Assembly (NCBI RefSeq): GCF_018977255.1
Contig: NW_024704743.1
Span: 64,854,001-64,918,000, forward strand
Origin: Callorhinchus milii
Lineage: Eukaryota
DNA: 64,000 nt
Direction: 5' to 3'
The translations under genes and the position numbers were made by a program. Shown in pieces: positions 63,526-64,000 of this stretch. How positions within the stretch are numbered: position 1 is the first letter of the stretch; each line of letters opens with the position of its first letter. The notes under the pieces are model-generated. The model did no database searches, had not been told where the DNA came from, and saw nothing but the letters and a program-made list of their open reading frames with translations.

Positions 63526-64000
63526 ATCTTTTGTTGCTAAAACTCAAAGGGATTTCACCCCTTTTTGTTTATGGGACGTTATTGTCTGCATATTGACTGC
63601 CACGTTCGCCTACAAAATACAGTCACTTCATTTTGTAGTATATCTAGTGAAGCACTTTGAGATGGCTTCCCAACATGAAAGGTACTATTACCAATGCAAT
63701 GATTATTTTTTAGTCATAGGAACTGAGAAATGGAGGAATATGCAATATTGGAAAAAGCATTACAGTCTGGGTCCATTTTCAACTGTTTCTACAAATATAC
63801 AGTTACTACACTTCACAGTTAAATCATGTGATGTGCTTTGAGACATCTCGATGGCATCATAAAGCATTATAGCAGATGCAAGGATTATTATTAATAACTA
63901 TTATCTCTCCCTATCCACACATCACCATAAAAACATTATCCTATTTTTTCTTGAAACTTAGCCATAGTATTCTGCCTCCACCTTTCACTTCAACTGTAGC

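Overview
Vertebrate genomic DNA, most likely a cartilaginous fish (inferred from CR1/L2 LINEs and SacSINE1/Deu-like tRNA SINEs). Host genes: FIGNL1 (minus strand, coding exon from ATG 1497 running off the left edge, CpG-island promoter near 3140-3400) and, head-to-head with it, a dopa-decarboxylase-family gene (plus strand; coding exons 1-7 at 42964-62759, continuing off the right edge). About 20.5 kb (4130-24633) recurs almost identically after a 30-N gap (24751-45263), probably an uncollapsed haplotype overlap. The most interesting object is a young 4.6-kb endogenous retrovirus (7797-12434, duplicate 28437-33078, minus strand) with near-identical LTRs, a tRNA-Pro PBS and a PPT. It has lost capsid, protease, most of RT and RNase H. 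It keeps a Gag-N/2H-phosphoesterase fragment fusion and an integrase. Its env begins with a signal peptide and a CD300/pIgR-like Ig V-set domain fused to the SU CXXC region, and this ORF stops before an out-of-frame TM subunit, so it predicts a secreted immune-receptor-like viral protein. All family assignments come from motif recognition; no database search was run.
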